A DNA stretch of 61,203 bases from positions 1-61,203 of the forward strand of contig WLCQ01000001.1 in NCBI GenBank assembly GCA_009705225.1. The letters run 5' to 3'. A program made the translations under genes and the position numbers. The notes under the pieces were generated by a model, which saw nothing but the letters and a program-made list of their open reading frames with translations, did no database searches and had not been told where the DNA came from. Below are positions 44,269-53,020 of this stretch, in pieces; positions within the stretch are counted from its first letter, which is position 1, and each line of letters starts with the position of its first letter. Source of the stretch: Actinomycetota bacterium. Lineage in GTDB: Bacteria > Actinomycetota > Acidimicrobiia > Acidimicrobiales > Acidimicrobilacustridaceae.

Positions 44269-44688
44269 CTACCGCACCGCTGCTGCGATTGCCGACAGCA
44301 CGCCATTCACGAACTTGCCGCTGTCGTCGGTGGAATAGCGCTTGGCAAGATCAACCGCTTCGGAGATGACCGCTCCGGTTGGCACATCTGGTCGAAACGC
44401 CAGTTCATAGGTGGCGAGCCGCAGCAGCGCCCGATCGAGCGAAGGCATCCGATCAAGCTCCCAGTTGTGGGCGTGGTCGATGATGAGTGAATCGATGGTC
44501 TCGCTCTGCTCGGCAACGCCCGTGACCAGTTCGACCGCGAACGTGTCTGGTTCAAGCGGAAGCGCCGCCAGAACCTCGCTCGACCCCTCATTCTTCATCT
44601 CTGACTCATAGAGCAGATGAAAAGCACGCTCTCGGGCCTCGCGGCGACTGCCCGGGAGCGGATCGGAGTGCTCGGTGTCGGGACTCAC
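44269..44688 (-). CDS. nusB: Transcription antitermination factor NusB
   Basis: [34 protein letters not shown]. Confidence 0.96.
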   Translation of the reverse strand: MSPDTEHSDPLPGSRREARERAFHLLYESEMKNEGSSEVLAALPLEPDTFAVELVTGVAEQSETIDSLIIDHAHNWELDRMPSLDRALLRLATYELAFRPDVPTGAVISEAVDLAKRYSTDDSGKFVNGVLSAIAAAVR

Positions 44689-45248
44689 GCTCGGGTGATG
44701 TAGTCGCCGGTGCGGGTATCGACCCGGACCCGCTCACCCGGACCGACGAACAATGGCACCTGGATGACCAGACCGGTTTCGAGGGTGGCGGGCTTGCGTG
44801 CACCTGAGACGCGATCGCCCTGGATTCCGGGTTCGGTCTCGGCGATCGTGAGTTCAACTGCGGCGGGCAGTTCGACTCCGACGATCTCGTCGCCGAACAT
44901 CTTGAGGATGGCCTCGGCGTTCTCGATCAAGTAGTTGGCGGCGCCGCCGAGCGACGAGGGCTCCACGTTGAGCTGGTCGTAGGTGGTGGTGTCCATGAAC
45001 ACGTAGTCATCACCGGCGCGATACAGAAACTGCATCTCTCGCTTATCGATCATGGCACGTTCGACCTTCTCGCCTGCACGGAAAGTGCGGTCGCTGTTAG
45101 CACCATTTCGCACGTTTCGCAGGGTGGTGCGCACGAAGGCACCGCCCTTTCCGGGCTTCACATGCTGGAACTCGACGACCTCGAACAGGCCATCATCGAG
45201 ATCGAGCGCCATTCCGTTCTTGAGGTCGTTGGTCGTGATCGTGGGCAT
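44685..45248 (-). CDS. efp: Elongation factor P
   Basis: [35 protein letters not shown]. Start ATG 45248 after GAGGA. Confidence 0.98.
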   Translation of the reverse strand: MPTITTNDLKNGMALDLDDGLFEVVEFQHVKPGKGGAFVRTTLRNVRNGANSDRTFRAGEKVERAMIDKREMQFLYRAGDDYVFMDTTTYDQLNVEPSSLGGAANYLIENAEAILKMFGDEIVGVELPAAVELTIAETEPGIQGDRVSGARKPATLETGLVIQVPLFVGPGERVRVDTRTGDYITRA

Positions 45249-45273
45249 GTGGTCTTCCTCGTTGGGGGACGGC

Positions 45274-46440
45274 TCAGGCGGGCCGGGGACGCGCTGTGGG
45301 CGTCGGATCCTTGGTGCTGTGAGTGAGGGGACGGCACCCCTCGGTGGTGACGACGACGGTGTCCTCGACTCGGACTCCCCCGTGTTCGGGGAGATACACC
45401 CCGGGTTCGACGGTGACGACATCGCCGACAACCAGCGTAGCATCGCTGGTCGAACCGACCCCCGGGGCCTCGTGGATGTCGAGACCCACGCCATGTCCGG
45501 TTCCATGGCTGAAGGCATCGGCCCAACCCGCGTCGGCGATCACAGCACGACACACCGCGTCGACATCACGAGCAGCGATACCGGGACGAATCGCGGCGAC
45601 TCCTGCTGCCTGGGCGGTGGTGACTACCTCAAGCATTCGCCGAGCGGTCGCTGATACCTCCCCCACCGCAAGAGTTCGGGTCATATCCGAGCAATAGCCG
45701 TCCACCACTGCACCGAAGTCGAGGACGACGAGGTCGCCCACACGAATGACCCGATCCGACGGACGAGCGTGTGGCCGCGCCCCATTCGGGCCGGATGCCA
45801 CGATGGTCTCGAAGCTGGGTCGGGTGGCGCCCAACGAGCGCATGGTCATGTCGAGCTCGCGACCGAACTCCTGCTCGGTGGGTTCCTCGAGCAGTCGGGG
45901 TCTCATCAGGTCGAGCGATTCATCGGCGATGCGCGCTGCGAGCTCGATTCGAGCCAACTCGCCTGCGTCCTTGCTCCGACGCAGTGTCTCGACAAGGGCA
46001 ATGGTGGGAACCACGGTGTGATCGGGAAACCACTCGTTCGTATACCGAAGCTGCATTGACCACGACACATGATCCGCCTCAAGACCCACACGAGCCTGAT
46101 CGGCAAGCACGGCCGTGATGATCTCGCGCTGGGCGGTCGAGGAGATCTCGACCCGAGCATCGACTCCGGCTGCACGAACCTGATCGGCCGCCTGATCCCG
46201 GTAGCGACCATCAGTGACCAGAACCAGTTCTTCGGAGGTGACCAGAACCACGCCGGCCGAACCCGTGAACGATGTGAGGTAGCGGATGTTCACCGGGTTG
46301 GTGACAACGAGCGCATCGATACCCGCGGCCGAGAACGATGGTCGTAACCGGTCTGCTCGCGCCGCGACGTCCATGGCAGGAAGACTGCCGATGTCGGAGA
46401 GCTCCAGTGGTCGCCCTCTGGTGAACGATTCAGTGGTCAT
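45274..46440 (-). CDS. pepQ: Xaa-Pro aminopeptidase (M24B)
   Basis: TDGRY, DFGA...[36 protein letters not shown]. Start 46440 or 46374. Confidence 0.92.
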   Translation of the reverse strand: MTTESFTRGRPLELSDIGSLPAMDVAARADRLRPSFSAAGIDALVVTNPVNIRYLTSFTGSAGVVLVTSEELVLVTDGRYRDQAADQVRAAGVDARVEISSTAQREIITAVLADQARVGLEADHVSWSMQLRYTNEWFPDHTVVPTIALVETLRRSKDAGELARIELAARIADESLDLMRPRLLEEPTEQEFGRELDMTMRSLGATRPSFETIVASGPNGARPHARPSDRVIRVGDLVVLDFGAVVDGYCSDMTRTLAVGEVSATARRMLEVVTTAQAAGVAAIRPGIAARDVDAVCRAVIADAGWADAFSHGTGHGVGLDIHEAPGVGSTSDATLVVGDVVTVEPGVYLPEHGGVRVEDTVVVTTEGCRPLTHSTKDPTPTARPRPA

Positions 46441-46459
46441 GGACTCAGGAACCGTCGAC

Positions 46460-46918
46460 TCAGGCAGACGGCTGGCCGACGAGACGAGCCACGGCTTCGA
46501 CGGCGAGCCGATATCCGTCGCTTCCGAATCCGGAGATTGTGCCGGTGGCCACGGGAGCCACGACCGAGGTACGCCGCCAAGGTTCGCGGGCATCAGGATT
46601 CGAGAGATGCAGCTCGATGACGGGCCCGTCGAAGGCTGCGAGCGCATCGTGGATCGCCCAGGAGTAGTGGGTGAAAGCCCCCGGATTGATGATGATCGAA
46701 CCGCACCGCCCACGCGCTCCGTGGATGGCCTCGACGAGCTCGGCCTCGGCGTTTGATTGGAGGTGTTCGATCCTGAGACCGAGCGCGCTTGCTGCGGACC
46801 TCGCGGTGTCCGCGTGGTCTTCGAGTGTCGCCGAGCCGTACACCGCTGGTTCGCGGTCGCCAAGGAGGTTGAGGTTCACACCCGAGAGCAGCAGCACGAG
46901 CGTCGGATCAGTAGTCAT
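46460..46918 (-). CDS. aroQ: Type II 3-dehydroquinate dehydratase
   Basis: NLNLLGDREPAVYG, QSN, INPGAFTHYS, ELHLSN. Confidence 0.97.
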   Translation of the reverse strand: MTTDPTLVLLLSGVNLNLLGDREPAVYGSATLEDHADTARSAASALGLRIEHLQSNAEAELVEAIHGARGRCGSIIINPGAFTHYSWAIHDALAAFDGPVIELHLSNPDAREPWRRTSVVAPVATGTISGFGSDGYRLAVEAVARLVGQPSA

Positions 46919-47934
46919 GATCGATCTCCTTCGGAGCGGATGGCGTCGATAGCGGCCTCGATGTGCTCGAGCGGAACACCGGTGATGGATTCGACCCCTT
47001 CGGGGCCATCGAGGACGAACGTGAGTCCATCGAGCGCCTTCTTGTCGCGGCCCATCAGCGCGATGAGTTCGTCGGAGCGCAGTCCGAGCGGCAGTGTGGA
47101 AGGGAGGTCATAGGCAGCCACGACCCTGCGGTGCTCGGCGACACGGGCTTCGCTGATCCGACCGAGTCGATAGGCGAGTTCGGCGGCGAAGATCAGACCG
47201 ACGGCAACAGCTTCTCCATGACGGAGGTCGTGATCGCCAGCGATTTCGATGGCGTGGGCGAGCGTATGCCCGTAGTTGAGCGTTGCCCGGCGCCCGCCTT
47301 CGCGTTCGTCGTCGACAACCACCTCGGCCTTGATGGCCACGCAAGCTGCAACCCGTTCGTCGAGCGGAAGCGCGTCGAGGTCGCCTCCTCCGAGGAAGTG
47401 GTACTTGGCGAGCTCTCCGAGACCGCTTCGGTATTCGCGCGGGGGAAGCGTACTGAGCAAGCCGGTATCGCAGAGCACCGCTGCTGGCTGCCAGAAAGCA
47501 CCGACGAGATTCTTGCCCTCTGGGAGATTGACCCCGGTCTTGCCACCGATAGCCGCGTCGATCTGGCCCAGCAGGGTTGTGGAGACATGCACAACGGGAA
47601 TACCCCGGTGGTAGACAGCCGCGGCAAAACCAGCAGTGTCGGTGACGATTCCGCCACCCACCGCTACGACGCAATCGGACCGGGTGAGACCCCATCGCGA
47701 GAATTCGCTGCAAAGTGACTCGACTGTGCTCATGGTCTTGGCGGTTTCACCATCGGGCATCTCGAAGACTCGATGCTCGCGGCCTGGGTCGACGGAGATG
47801 CCGATACCCGCCTGGGTGACGACCGCAACCCGCTTCACGCCAGCAGGGATGACTCGAGCGAGTTCGTGGCGAACGCCATTGCCCACGAGAACGTCGTATG
47901 GGTTATCGCTCAGCGCGACCGGAATGGTGATCAT
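46915..47934 (-). CDS. aroB: 3-dehydroquinate synthase
   Basis: GGGIVTD, DAAIGGKTGVN, KNLVGAFWQP, LNYGHT, HGEAV, DKK. Confidence 0.95.
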   Translation of the reverse strand: MITIPVALSDNPYDVLVGNGVRHELARVIPAGVKRVAVVTQAGIGISVDPGREHRVFEMPDGETAKTMSTVESLCSEFSRWGLTRSDCVVAVGGGIVTDTAGFAAAVYHRGIPVVHVSTTLLGQIDAAIGGKTGVNLPEGKNLVGAFWQPAAVLCDTGLLSTLPPREYRSGLGELAKYHFLGGGDLDALPLDERVAACVAIKAEVVVDDEREGGRRATLNYGHTLAHAIEIAGDHDLRHGEAVAVGLIFAAELAYRLGRISEARVAEHRRVVAAYDLPSTLPLGLRSDELIALMGRDKKALDGLTFVLDGPEGVESITGVPLEHIEAAIDAIRSEGDRS

Positions 47935-48476
47935 GTCGTCACCGATTCGCGTGCCGCGACGGCGGCAAGGATCTCGGCGAGTGCAGCATCGAAACGCTGT
48001 GACGTGCTGATCGTCAGATCCGCCACCTCTGCGTAGAGCGGCTCGCGCACGTTTTCCATGTTCCTCAATGTGCCTTCGGGGTCATCGGCGAGAGCAGGCC
48101 GATGTGTTCCGTTGACTACCCGACCCACAAGAACCTCAACTGGGGCGCGCAGCCAGATCACGGTTCCGGCAGTGGAGAGTGCGGCTCGATTCTCGGGTCG
48201 CAGCACGATGCCACCCGCAGCCGCGATGACCGAAGGTTCGTTGCGCGCGAGGAGCTCGGCGAGCACTGATGCCTCCAGATCACGAAACGCTGGTTCGCCG
48301 TCGGTCGCGAAGATCTCGGGGATGGAACGTCCGGCACGGGCCACGATCTCGGCATCGGTATCGAGCACCGGACGATTGAGCGTGCGGCCGATGCGCTTGG
48401 CCAGGCTGGACTTCCCCACACCCATCATGCCGACGAGCACGATATGCCCCGTCGCAGAAGGTGCTTCGGCGCTCAT
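47931..48476 (-). CDS. aroK: Shikimate kinase
   Basis: GMMGVGKS, GEPAFRDLE, RPAL, REPLY. Confidence 0.96.
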   Translation of the reverse strand: MSAEAPSATGHIVLVGMMGVGKSSLAKRIGRTLNRPVLDTDAEIVARAGRSIPEIFATDGEPAFRDLEASVLAELLARNEPSVIAAAGGIVLRPENRAALSTAGTVIWLRAPVEVLVGRVVNGTHRPALADDPEGTLRNMENVREPLYAEVADLTISTSQRFDAALAEILAAVAARESVTT

Positions 48477-49735
48477 GGGGTGACGGCTGGGTCGTCGGCG
48501 AAGGCTTGTGTGGCATCCCAGTTGAGTGGCGCCTCAGCCGACGCCGGGGCATCTGCGGTATCGATCTGCGAAGTTTGTTCCCTGACCTGCTCGACATAGG
48601 TGTCGTGATTACGAACGAACTCTCCGAGCGAGTCGCCGCCGAATTTGCGTAGCGCCTCGTCGGCGATGACGAGAGCAGCCATGGCCTCAGCCACCACACC
48701 CATCGCAGGCACGGCGGTGACATCGGTTCGTTCCTTGAACGAGACCGTGGCGTCCTTCGTGGCGGTGTCGACGGTGGCGAGCACCGGACGGTTGAGCGTG
48801 GCGAGTGGCTTCATGGCCACGTGGGCCACGACGACCTCGCCAGTGGACATTCCGCCCTCGATGCCGCCAGCGTTGGTGGTATGTCGGCGGTACTCGCCGG
48901 TCTCAGCATCGAACACGATGGCATCGTGAGCCTGCGAGCCGGGACGGCCAGCGACATCGAAACCATCGCCGATCTCGACACCCTTCACCGCCTGGATCGA
49001 CAGAAGCGCCTGGGCAAGACGGCCGTCGAGTCGACGGTCCCAGTGCACATGCGAGCCGAGTCCAATAGGAACGCGGTAGGCGAGAACTTCGACAACCCCT
49101 CCGAGGGAATCGCCTGCCTTCTGCGCAGCCTTGATCGCTGCGATCATCTCCGCCTCCGCTGCAGCATCGGTGCAGCGGACCTCAGAGTCGTCGACAGCAA
49201 GAAGTGCATCGGCACCCGGACGGGACGCTGACGCAGCGCGAACGGATCCGAGTTGAATCACATGGGACCCGATAGCAACACCGAGGTGCCGGAGAAGCGC
49301 CTTTGCAACGGCACCTGCGGCAACTCGGGCGGCGGTCTCGCGAGCCGAGGCGCGCTCGAGGACATTGCGAGCATCGTCGAACGCGTACTTCTGCATCCCT
49401 GTGAGATCGGCGTGGCCGGGCCGGGGCGTGGTGAGACGTTGGGATGTGGCACCGGGATGCGGCGACATCTCCTCGGTCCACTTACGTTCCCATTCGCTGT
49501 TTCCGATTTCGATGGCGATCGGCGAACCGAGGGTCAGACCGTGGCGGACACCAGCGACGATGGTGATCTCGTCGGCCTCGAACTTCATCCGAGGACCGCG
49601 GCCGTAGCCCAGTCGACGACGGGCGAGATCGGTATCGAGATCGGCGATGGTGAGCGGCAGTCCCGCGGGCACACCCTCGAGAATGACGACGAGGGCCTTG
49701 CCATGGGATTCACCGGCGGTCAGGTAGCGCAGCAC
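48473..49735 (-). CDS. aroC: Chorismate synthase
   Basis: TAGESHG, PRPGHAD, ERASARET, GGIEGGMS, ERTD. Confidence 0.98.
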   Translation of the reverse strand: MLRYLTAGESHGKALVVILEGVPAGLPLTIADLDTDLARRRLGYGRGPRMKFEADEITIVAGVRHGLTLGSPIAIEIGNSEWERKWTEEMSPHPGATSQRLTTPRPGHADLTGMQKYAFDDARNVLERASARETAARVAAGAVAKALLRHLGVAIGSHVIQLGSVRAASASRPGADALLAVDDSEVRCTDAAAEAEMIAAIKAAQKAGDSLGGVVEVLAYRVPIGLGSHVHWDRRLDGRLAQALLSIQAVKGVEIGDGFDVAGRPGSQAHDAIVFDAETGEYRRHTTNAGGIEGGMSTGEVVVAHVAMKPLATLNRPVLATVDTATKDATVSFKERTDVTAVPAMGVVAEAMAALVIADEALRKFGGDSLGEFVRNHDTYVEQVREQTSQIDTADAPASAEAPLNWDATQAFADDPAVTP

Positions 49736-49834
49736 CTCGCCAATCTACCGGTAGGAGGGGTCCTGCCCGAAGACAGTTCCATTCGGCGGGCCGGCGGGCA
49801 GGGTTTCCGATGCTCGACGTTCGAGCTCACTGGC

Positions 49835-50524
49835 TCAGCGCCGGAGGAATGTGGAACTCGCGAGCAGGGCGATCATCGTGCCCGCGGCGAGATACGGCCC
49901 GAACGGGAACGGATGATTCCCACCCCGACGAACAAGGATCGCCAGCCCGGCAACCGTTCCCATTGCGAAGCCGATGACCATTGCCCACAGGACCAGGACC
50001 ACGGCGTCCATCAGCGTGGTACTCGACGCTCCGAGAAACAGTCCCATCAGCGCCGCAAGTTTCACATCACCGAAACCCATTCCTCGCGGGGAGATCAGGT
50101 GGGCGACCAAGAGGGTGCCGAAGAAGACGAGAGCGCCACAGATCGCGAATTGGATCTTCTCGGGATTGCCGTCGATGAGCGCCACAGCCGTGATCCAGAC
50201 GATCGAGAGACACAGCATCGGAAGCACGATCCGATCAGGAAGTCGATAGGTGGCTGAGTCGATGATGGCCAGCGCCACGAGCACGGTGTAGAGGGTGAGC
50301 ATCCCGGCCAGTAGTCCGAATGAAAGCTCATCGAAACGCAGCGTGATGAGTACGAATCCCAGACTGATGAAGACCTGCGTGAGAAGCCGCCGCCGACTCA
50401 TCCCGCCAAGTCGCAAGGGAAGAAGAAGGGGCTCCTCCGTCGGGCCTCGAACGATCAGCAACTCGGCGAACCAACCTGCCGGAAGGCTGAGCGCCACCAC
50501 GAGCACGAGACGCCAGAGCGTCAT
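49835..50524 (-). CDS. A24-family prepilin peptidase
   Basis: IIDSATYRLPD, GMGFGDVKLA, PFGPYL; multi-TM. Start ATG 50524. Confidence 0.9.
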   Translation of the reverse strand: MTLWRLVLVVALSLPAGWFAELLIVRGPTEEPLLLPLRLGGMSRRRLLTQVFISLGFVLITLRFDELSFGLLAGMLTLYTVLVALAIIDSATYRLPDRIVLPMLCLSIVWITAVALIDGNPEKIQFAICGALVFFGTLLVAHLISPRGMGFGDVKLAALMGLFLGASSTTLMDAVVLVLWAMVIGFAMGTVAGLAILVRRGGNHPFPFGPYLAAGTMIALLASSTFLRR

Positions 50525-50525
50525 G

Positions 50526-51380
50526 TCAGTCGACCAGCATCGAGGATACGGCCGCACTCATGGCTGGGATCGGAGCGGCATGACCGGTCCAGAGGGTGAA
50601 CGCAATGGCCGCCTGATGTGTGAGCATCGAAACCCCGTTCGCGGTGCGCGCTCCGCGAACCTGCGCCGCGGCAAGAAGGGGGGTGACGAGCGGCCGATAC
50701 ACGATGTCGACCACGGTGTGCTCCGGCCTGATGAGCTCGGTGTCGAACGGGACATCAGCACCATCGGCAGGTTCGGCTCCCATGCCGATCGATGTGGCAT
50801 TGACGATGAGGTCGCAGTCGCTGATGAACGTGGCGGCTTCCCCGGGAGCAACCACGACTGCAACTTCGGGGAACAGCGCCGCGGCCTCCTCGGCTCTCGC
50901 AACTGTTCGGTTGATGATCGCGACCTGCGCAGCCCCTCTTCGAGCGAGTGCTAATCCGATCGAACGAGCGGCACCTCCAGCCCCGAGCACCACGCAACGC
51001 AACCCGGCCGGATCGAGCCCGAGTTCGGTGGCGAGCGCATCGGTGAAACCGTCGCCATCGGTGTTGTGACCGATCAGTCGCCCCCCGTTGTTCACGACGC
51101 AATTGACTGCACGAAGCGCAGCTGCATCGGCGGTGAGTTCGTCGCAGGCGGCGGCGACAGCCTCTTTGTGCGGCATCGTCACGGAGAAGCCAGCAATACC
51201 GAGGGTGCGCATGGCGGAGAGCGCCTCGATTGCGGACCCCGGGGCAATCTCGAGAGCCACGTAGACCCAGTCGAGACCGAGCTCAGCGAATGCGGTGTTG
51301 TGCAGTAGTGGCGAAAGCGAATGACGCACGGGAGAACCGATGACAGCGGCGAGTCGTGTCGAACCGGTCGGAGCGAGCAT
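50526..51380 (-). CDS. aroE: Shikimate dehydrogenase
   Basis: GSPVRHSLSP, VTMPHK, NTDG, GAGGAA, NATSIGM, DIVY. Start ATG 51380. Confidence 0.96.
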   Translation of the reverse strand: MLAPTGSTRLAAVIGSPVRHSLSPLLHNTAFAELGLDWVYVALEIAPGSAIEALSAMRTLGIAGFSVTMPHKEAVAAACDELTADAAALRAVNCVVNNGGRLIGHNTDGDGFTDALATELGLDPAGLRCVVLGAGGAARSIGLALARRGAAQVAIINRTVARAEEAAALFPEVAVVVAPGEAATFISDCDLIVNATSIGMGAEPADGADVPFDTELIRPEHTVVDIVYRPLVTPLLAAAQVRGARTANGVSMLTHQAAIAFTLWTGHAAPIPAMSAAVSSMLVD

Positions 51381-52585
51381 CAGAAGATCCCCCGGGCCTT
51401 CGCGTCGTTGACTGCTCGCTGGAAATCCGACGCGCTCTTGGTGAAGTAATGACGACCGTCTTTGTCGGTGAGCACGTAGTAGAGCCAATCACCCGGCGCC
51501 GGGTTGAGTGCCGCGTGGATGGAATCCTGACCTGGCGAATTGATCGGCGTCGGTGGCAGACCGTTCTTGAGCCTCGTGTTGTACGGCGAATCGACGCGAA
51601 GATCCGAGTTGGTGAGCGAGGTCTTCCGCTTCTGGAGGGCGTAGAGCACCGAGGCATCGATTCCGAGCATCTCGCCACGCGCCATCCGGTTATAGATGAC
51701 CCGTGCGATCTTCGGCCGATCCTCGGCAACCTTCGCCTCGGATTCGATGAGCGATGCGACGATGAGCGCTTGGTACGGAGTAACTGTGAGCTTGCCAGCG
51801 GCCCCCGCGAGTTTCGTCGAGGCATCGGGAAGACCTTCGGTCGCGCTCACCCGGTCAAAGGCGCTGATCATCTGGTCGATGACCTTCTGGGCATTGCCGA
51901 CATCGGCCTGCGCCACTTCGTACTTCGCAGGGAACAGGAACCCCTCGAGATTGGTCGAACCCGTCGGCTGCAACGTCGGATGAGTGGAGCCCATCACCTG
52001 GTCGAGCGTGGCCGGATCGATGGTGGGGAACGACTCGAGGATGAGAGCCCGGGTCTCACTCACCCACAGCCCCTCTCGGACCAAGAACGAAACGGTCTTC
52101 GGCGGCGCAGGTCCCTTCTCGAGAACGTTGACAACGGCACTCATTGACGAGTGCAGATAGAGACCGTCGTACTCCCCCGCTTGGAACGGGCCGCCACCAT
52201 TCACCTTCAGGTACCAACCGAAGACCGTCGCATTGGTGATGATCCCCTCCTTCTCGAGCGAGCTCGCCACATCGGCGCTGGTGCTGCCCTTGGAGATGGT
52301 GAACGCCACTGCCTCGCCCGGGGATCCGGGATCCAATTGCGAGCGCACCCAGAAACCTGCGCCCACGAACAACACGACGATCACCGCCAGAACTGCGAGC
52401 AGAACCTTGCGGCGGCCAGCTGATCGACCAGACCCGCCCGCCGCAGCGACTGTCGAGGGATCGAACTGCGTGACCGGTACCGCATCCGCGGAAAAGGTCA
52501 CCGGGCCGGTCTGCTGTGCAGGGACGGCCGGAGTGCTCTCAGGTTCGAGTCCGAGCAACTCGAAGGGATCAGGGAGATCAGGCAC
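51380..52585 (-). CDS. mltG: Endolytic transglycosylase MltG
   Basis: N-terminal TM, LEGFLFP, ASLIESE, VIYNR, SPYNT...GLPPTPI. Confidence 0.95.
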   Translation of the reverse strand: MPDLPDPFELLGLEPESTPAVPAQQTGPVTFSADAVPVTQFDPSTVAAAGGSGRSAGRRKVLLAVLAVIVVLFVGAGFWVRSQLDPGSPGEAVAFTISKGSTSADVASSLEKEGIITNATVFGWYLKVNGGGPFQAGEYDGLYLHSSMSAVVNVLEKGPAPPKTVSFLVREGLWVSETRALILESFPTIDPATLDQVMGSTHPTLQPTGSTNLEGFLFPAKYEVAQADVGNAQKVIDQMISAFDRVSATEGLPDASTKLAGAAGKLTVTPYQALIVASLIESEAKVAEDRPKIARVIYNRMARGEMLGIDASVLYALQKRKTSLTNSDLRVDSPYNTRLKNGLPPTPINSPGQDSIHAALNPAPGDWLYYVLTDKDGRHYFTKSASDFQRAVNDAKARGIF

Positions 52586-52591
52586 GTTGGG

Positions 52592-53017
52592 TCACTCGTT
52601 CGGGGAATCGGGGGTTCGGGAGTCGAGCCAAGCTTGCAGAAGTACCGCAGCAGCCACCTTGTCGACGACCTGACGACGGGACCGCCCCTTGACCCCTCCA
52701 TCACGAAGGAGTCGGTGAGCGGTGACCGTGGTCAGGCGTTCATCGTAGATTTCGATCGGTACTGGGGTGGTGGCACGAAGCACCTCCACCTCGGTCGCGA
52801 TGAGTTCCGCCGCCGGACCATTGGACCCATCAAGGGAATACGGCATCCCGATCACGAGTAGGTCTGCCTCCCACTCAGCGACCAGCGCGAAGAGTCGCCG
52901 GTGGTCGAGCGCAGGGTCACCCGACCGTTCGATGGTGTCTGCCGGGGAGGCCACCGACCCTGAGGAGACAGCGATACCGATCCGCCGGCTGCCGAGGTCG
53001 ACGCCGAGCGCTCGCAC
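52592..53017 (-). CDS. ruvX: YqgF/RuvX RNase H-fold nuclease
   Basis: GVDLGSRRIGIA, DERLTT, VDKVAA; alaS-ruvX-mltG synteny. Confidence 0.95.
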   Translation of the reverse strand: MRALGVDLGSRRIGIAVSSGSVASPADTIERSGDPALDHRRLFALVAEWEADLLVIGMPYSLDGSNGPAAELIATEVEVLRATTPVPIEIYDERLTTVTAHRLLRDGGVKGRSRRQVVDKVAAAVLLQAWLDSRTPDSPNE

Positions 53018-53020
53018 GAT

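Noticed and set aside
49835-50524. Prepilin peptidase as a sign of a pilus or secretion locus
   Set aside because: An A24 peptidase between aroE and aroC is common actinobacterial synteny, and no pilin genes are nearby.
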